A stretch of 48,346 nt of DNA from Candidatus Saccharimonadales bacterium (GTDB lineage: Bacteria; Patescibacteriota; Saccharimonadia; Saccharimonadales; Saccharimonadaceae): assembly GCA_051305895.1 (NCBI GenBank), contig JBPPME010000105.1:1-48346 (forward strand), read 5' to 3'. Position numbers and translations under genes: made by a program. This document shows, piece after piece, positions 44,806 to 48,346 of the stretch; the stretch's first letter is position 1; every line of letters starts with the position of its first letter. A model generated the notes under the pieces. It was not told the origin of the DNA and searched no databases. It saw only the letters and a program-made list of their open reading frames with translations.

Positions 44806-47328
44806 ATGGATAAAAATACAACACAAAATGACGCACCACTAGAAAACGATGTACCAATCGAAGGTGATATCGTAGCAGACACTCAAGGTCTCGAGCAGCG
44901 CACGCTCGAGAAGGTCATGGAAGACAGTTTCTTCCGTTACTCGATGAGTGTGATTATTGATCGCGCACTGCCTGATGTCCGTGACGGATTGAAACCGGTG
45001 CACCGTCGTATCCTATTCTCCATGAATCAAAACGGTAACCGCAGTGGGTCTAAATTTGTAAAAAGCGCTCGTATCGTCGGTGATGTAATGGGTAAGTATC
45101 ATCCTCATGGCGACTCAGCGATCTACGACTCGATGGTACGTCTGGCGCAGCCATGGTCATTGCGCTATCCGCTTGTACAGGGTCAGGGTAACTTTGGCTC
45201 AATGGACGGTGACCCGGCAGCAGCGATGCGATATACGGAGGCTCGCATGGCGAAACCTGCCGATGAGATGCTTGCGGACATCGACAAGGAGACTATTAAC
45301 TTTCGTGATAATTTCGATGGTTCTGAGCAAGAACCTGTTGTACTTCCGGCGAAATTGCCGAATCTGCTACTCAATGGCCAAATCGGTATCGCGGTCGGTA
45401 TGGCGACCAATATACCACCCCATAACCTTAGTGAGCTGGTCGATGCTTCTATCGAACTTATCGATAACGAGCACGCCACGCTTGATGACCTATTGAAGCA
45501 TGTTAAGGGCCCTGACTTTCCGACCGGCGCGATTGTTTATGGTGGCGCACCGATGAAGCAGGCGTATCAGACCGGACGCGGTAGCGTGATGGTTCGTGCG
45601 GTAGCGAATATTGAAGAAACTAAAAAAGGTCGTCACCAGATTGTTGTGACGGAGATTCCATATGGTGTAAATAAGGCAACGCTTGTTGAGAAGATCGCTG
45701 AACTCTATAAAGATAAGAAGATCAATATCAGCGACCTTCGTGATGAGACATCTCGTGGTAAAGTTCGCATCATTATCGAGGTCAAGAAGGATGGCTACCC
45801 GAAAAAGGTATTGAATCAGCTCTATAAGCTTACTTCATTGCAAACTAGTTTTAATTACAACGTGCTTGCGTTAATCGATGGCATCCAGCCGAAGATTCTC
45901 GGTCTCCAGGAAATGCTCCAAGAGTTTATCAAGCATCGTCAGCAAGTTGTTCGTCGTCGTACCGAGTTTGAACTTCGCAAGGCGAAAGAACGTGCGCATA
46001 TCCTCGAGGGCTACAAGATCGCTCTTGATCACATCGATGAAGTCATCAAGACGATTCGGGCCAGCAAGACTAGTGAAATAGCAGAAAAAGCACTCATCAA
46101 GCAGTTTGGACTGAGTGAGATTCAGGCGAAAGCTATCTTGGCTATGCAACTTCGCCGTCTGACTGGTCTAGAGCGTGATGCTATCGAAAGTGAACTCAAG
46201 GAACTTCTGGCGCTGATTTCTAAGCTTGAAGCAATTCTGGCTGACGAGAAAGAGATTTTGAAAATCATCAAGACCGAACTGCTCGAAATGAAAGAGAAAT
46301 ATGGGGACGAGCGTCGTAGTCAGATCATCAATCATGAACTTGGTAGGTTCAGTGATGAAGAGCTGATCCCAGAAGAAGAGTCAGTCATATTGCTTACGGG
46401 CGAGAACTACATTAAGCGCACACTAGTGAGTGAATACCGGCGTCAAAATCGTGGCGGCAAGGGCAAGCGTGGTATGACGACTAAGGAAGAGGATATCATC
46501 GAGCAACTCGTACCATCGAGCACACACGATTGGCTACTCTTCTTTACCAATAAGGGTCGCGTCTTCCGTCTCAAGGCTTATGAAGTACCGGCAGCGAGTC
46601 TTGCCGCTAAGGGCGTCGCAGCGGTCAATCTCTTGCAACTCCAACCTGAAGAGAAGATTACCTCTATCATCAAGCATGCCAAGGACGCGAGTCCTGATGG
46701 TTACCTCTTCATGACGACTACCAAGGGTACGGTTAAGAAGACGCCACTCAAAGATTACGCAAATATTCGCACGAACGGCTTAATCGCTATCAAACTTGAC
46801 GACGGCGACGAGCTACGTTGGATCCAACAGACGACTGGTGATGCAGATGTTATCATCTCAACTTCTGCTGGCCAGGCAATTCGCTTCAACGAGAAGGATG
46901 CTCGTCCGATGGGACGCTCAGCTCGCGGTGTCCGTGGTGTCCGCTTACGTCCGAATGACCGAGTAGTCGGCATGGATATCGTCATTGATGATGCACGTGA
47001 ACTCCTAGTTATTAGCGAGAAGGGATATGGCAAAGCGACTAAGGTGGCACACTTCACTTCGCACAAACGCGGTGGTGTCGGTATCAAGGCGGCTGTTGTG
47101 ACGAATAAGACCGGTCCGATTATCTCGGTACGCACACTCGATCCTGAACTTGCTGAGATACTTCTCATCTCGAAGAATGGTCAGACGATTCGCCTAGGCC
47201 GCAAGGATATCCCAACGATTGGACGAACTACTCAAGGTGTTCGTATAATGAAGCTTAATGAGAGTGATACGATTGCATCGATTGGCCTCATGCCTGAGCA
47301 ACAAGCAAGCGACGAAGAAGAGGAGTAG
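44806..47328 (+). CDS. gyrA: DNA gyrase subunit A
   Basis: [14 protein letters not shown], the QRDR-like [24 protein letters not shown], the active-site AAMRYTE, and C-terminal beta-pinwheel repeats. Confidence 0.97.
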   Translation: MDKNTTQNDAPLENDVPIEGDIVADTQGLEQRTLEKVMEDSFFRYSMSVIIDRALPDVRDGLKPVHRRILFSMNQNGNRSGSKFVKSARIVGDVMGKYHPHGDSAIYDSMVRLAQPWSLRYPLVQGQGNFGSMDGDPAAAMRYTEARMAKPADEMLADIDKETINFRDNFDGSEQEPVVLPAKLPNLLLNGQIGIAVGMATNIPPHNLSELVDASIELIDNEHATLDDLLKHVKGPDFPTGAIVYGGAPMKQAYQTGRGSVMVRAVANIEETKKGRHQIVVTEIPYGVNKATLVEKIAELYKDKKINISDLRDETSRGKVRIIIEVKKDGYPKKVLNQLYKLTSLQTSFNYNVLALIDGIQPKILGLQEMLQEFIKHRQQVVRRRTEFELRKAKERAHILEGYKIALDHIDEVIKTIRASKTSEIAEKALIKQFGLSEIQAKAILAMQLRRLTGLERDAIESELKELLALISKLEAILADEKEILKIIKTELLEMKEKYGDERRSQIINHELGRFSDEELIPEEESVILLTGENYIKRTLVSEYRRQNRGGKGKRGMTTKEEDIIEQLVPSSTHDWLLFFTNKGRVFRLKAYEVPAASLAAKGVAAVNLLQLQPEEKITSIIKHAKDASPDGYLFMTTTKGTVKKTPLKDYANIRTNGLIAIKLDDGDELRWIQQTTGDADVIISTSAGQAIRFNEKDARPMGRSARGVRGVRLRPNDRVVGMDIVIDDARELLVISEKGYGKATKVAHFTSHKRGGVGIKAAVVTNKTGPIISVRTLDPELAEILLISKNGQTIRLGRKDIPTIGRTTQGVRIMKLNESDTIASIGLMPEQQASDEEEE

Positions 47329-47331
47329 GTT

Positions 47332-47763
47332 ATGACACTGATATCACCGTACATCTGGGCTGTTATCGCCGGATGGGTGGTTGCACAGGGGACGAAATAC
47401 CTGCTCGTCGTGGGCAGGACGGGTAAGCTGAGTAATTTGAGACAGCTCTATCTATCTGGCAACATGCCAAGCGCACATAGTGCGAGTGTTATGGCTCTTC
47501 TGACAACGATCGCCCTACGGGATGGTGTCGAGTCGGGGCTGTTTGCTCTTGCAGCACTCTTCGCGAGCATCGTCATGTACGATGCCATGATGGTACGTCG
47601 CTCATCGGGAGAGCAGGGAATTGCTCTGCAGCGACTGATTAAAGAGCAAAAAAGTGACATCCCACTACCTCGTGCCGCGAAGGGGCACACGCCTTTTGAA
47701 GTACTCGTTGGATCGATATTAGGGCTCCTGATTGGCTGCATTGTATTTTACGCTACGAATTAA
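47332..47763 (+). CDS. Divergent PAP2 family (DUF212) membrane protein
   Basis: SGNMPSAHSASVMAL and GHTPFEVLVGSILG motifs. Confidence 0.75.
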   Translation: MTLISPYIWAVIAGWVVAQGTKYLLVVGRTGKLSNLRQLYLSGNMPSAHSASVMALLTTIALRDGVESGLFALAALFASIVMYDAMMVRRSSGEQGIALQRLIKEQKSDIPLPRAAKGHTPFEVLVGSILGLLIGCIVFYATN

Positions 47764-47776
47764 AACAAAATACCCC

Positions 47777-47805
47777 TTGACCCTGTCTCTGTTATGAAGT
47801 ATGAT
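47777..47805 (+). promoter_or_regulatory. rRNA operon promoter (TTGACC-17-TATGAT)
   Basis: Canonical spacing, about 135 nt upstream of the 16S 5' end. Confidence 0.55.
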
Positions 47806-47939
47806 TGATATCAGTCTGGTCGCCAAAAGTGACATCAACTGTGGAGTTGAACAGATGATTTTGGTACTTTGACAATTTAGTTGTGTAATATCAACGTCAG
47901 TTTATATGAGTTTAGATGGTCAATTTATTGATACATCTT

Positions 47940-48188
47940 TTAATGGAGAGTTTGATCCTGGCTCAGGATGAATGCTGGCGGCGTGCCTAATACATGCAAG
48001 TCGAGCGGTAACAGGTCTAGTTTACTAGATGCTGACGAGCGGCGGACGGCTGAGTAACGCGTGGGAACGTGCCCCAAAGTGAGGGATAAGCACCGGAAAC
48101 GGTGTCTAATACCGCATATGATCTTCGGATTAAAGCCTTCGGGCGCTTTGGGAGTGGCCTGCGTAAGATTAGCTAGTGGGTGAGGTAA
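47940..48188 (+). rRNA. rrs: 16S rRNA, 5' about 250 nt only
   Basis: AGAGTTTGATCCTGGCTCAGGATGAATGCTGGCGGCGTGCCTAATACATGCAAGTCGAGCGG... is colinear with bacterial 16S until the loop of the helix tagtgggtgag-gtaaag-gctcaccaacta. Confidence 0.9.
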
Positions 48189-48346
48189 AGGCTCACCAAC
48201 TATCTAATCGTACGCAGGCCACTCCCAAAGCGGATAAATCCTTTAATCCGAAGATCATATGCGGTATTAGACACCGTTTCCGGTGCTTATCCCTCACTTT
48301 GGGGCACGTTCCCACGCGTTACTCAGCCGTCCGCCGCTCGTCAGCA
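48030..48346. repeat. Imperfect 317-nt palindrome: 48189-48346 is the reverse complement of 16S positions 48030-48187
   Basis: The symmetry centre is at 48188, in the native hairpin loop. The arms are identical except for about nine positions: the block gccttcgggcg (48135-48145) versus ggatttatccg (the complement of 48231-48241), and three single substitutions near 48166-48178. The window ends inside the repeat. Confidence 0.9.

Overview
The window reads as a chromosomal segment, possibly a whole contig, from a reduced-genome monoderm-type CPR/Patescibacteria bacterium. It is most likely Candidatus Saccharibacteria (TM7). This is inferred from the 16S 5' end, the gene content and the small proteins, not from a database search. 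The standard genetic code applies: TGA, TAA and TAG all end conserved genes at the expected lengths.

Gene content from left to right:
- tlyA and ychF.
- A CsoR-controlled copper module (DUF4396, CsoR, DUF305) followed by two decayed genes.
- A 13-kb secretin-less type IV pilus cluster: pilM, pilN, pilO, a small ORF, pilB, pilT, pilC, the major pilin, pilD, three minor pilins and a PilX-like protein.
- xerC/D, uppP, ndk, four tRNAs, sodA and a GT2 glycosyltransferase.
- thrS behind a T-box-like leader, an ATL protein and miaA.
- rpmB, an M50 protease, a NUDIX-RNase HI fusion, RNase P RNA and infC-rpmI-rplT.
- tmRNA embedded in about 2.7 kb of ORF-poor DNA.
- A module with small membrane proteins, a 933-aa VirD4/TraG-like ATPase and a convergent LPXTG surface protein.
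- gyrB, gyrA, a DUF212 protein and a 16S rRNA 5' end that folds back on itself at the window edge.

RNA genes recognised directly from sequence are rnpB, ssrA, tRNA-Arg(CCT), tRNA-Asp(GTC), tRNA-Thr(CGT), tRNA-Val(GAC) and a partial 16S.

Observations most worth a second look:
1. The tmRNA-adjacent ATPase/LPXTG module and its orphan promoter.
2. A recurring pattern of extended -10 boxes 6-8 nt upstream of ATG codons, suggesting widespread leaderless mRNAs and revised start sites.
3. A sequence motif shared by the promoters inside the pilus cluster.
4. A T-box-like thrS leader with a reduced specifier hairpin.
5. A strongly promoted 43-codon gene absent from the ORF track.
6. The imperfect 317-nt palindrome at the 16S end, most likely a chimeric assembly artefact.

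No CRISPR array, transposase or recognisable defence gene was seen. All homology calls rest on motif recognition by eye and need HMM or BLAST confirmation.
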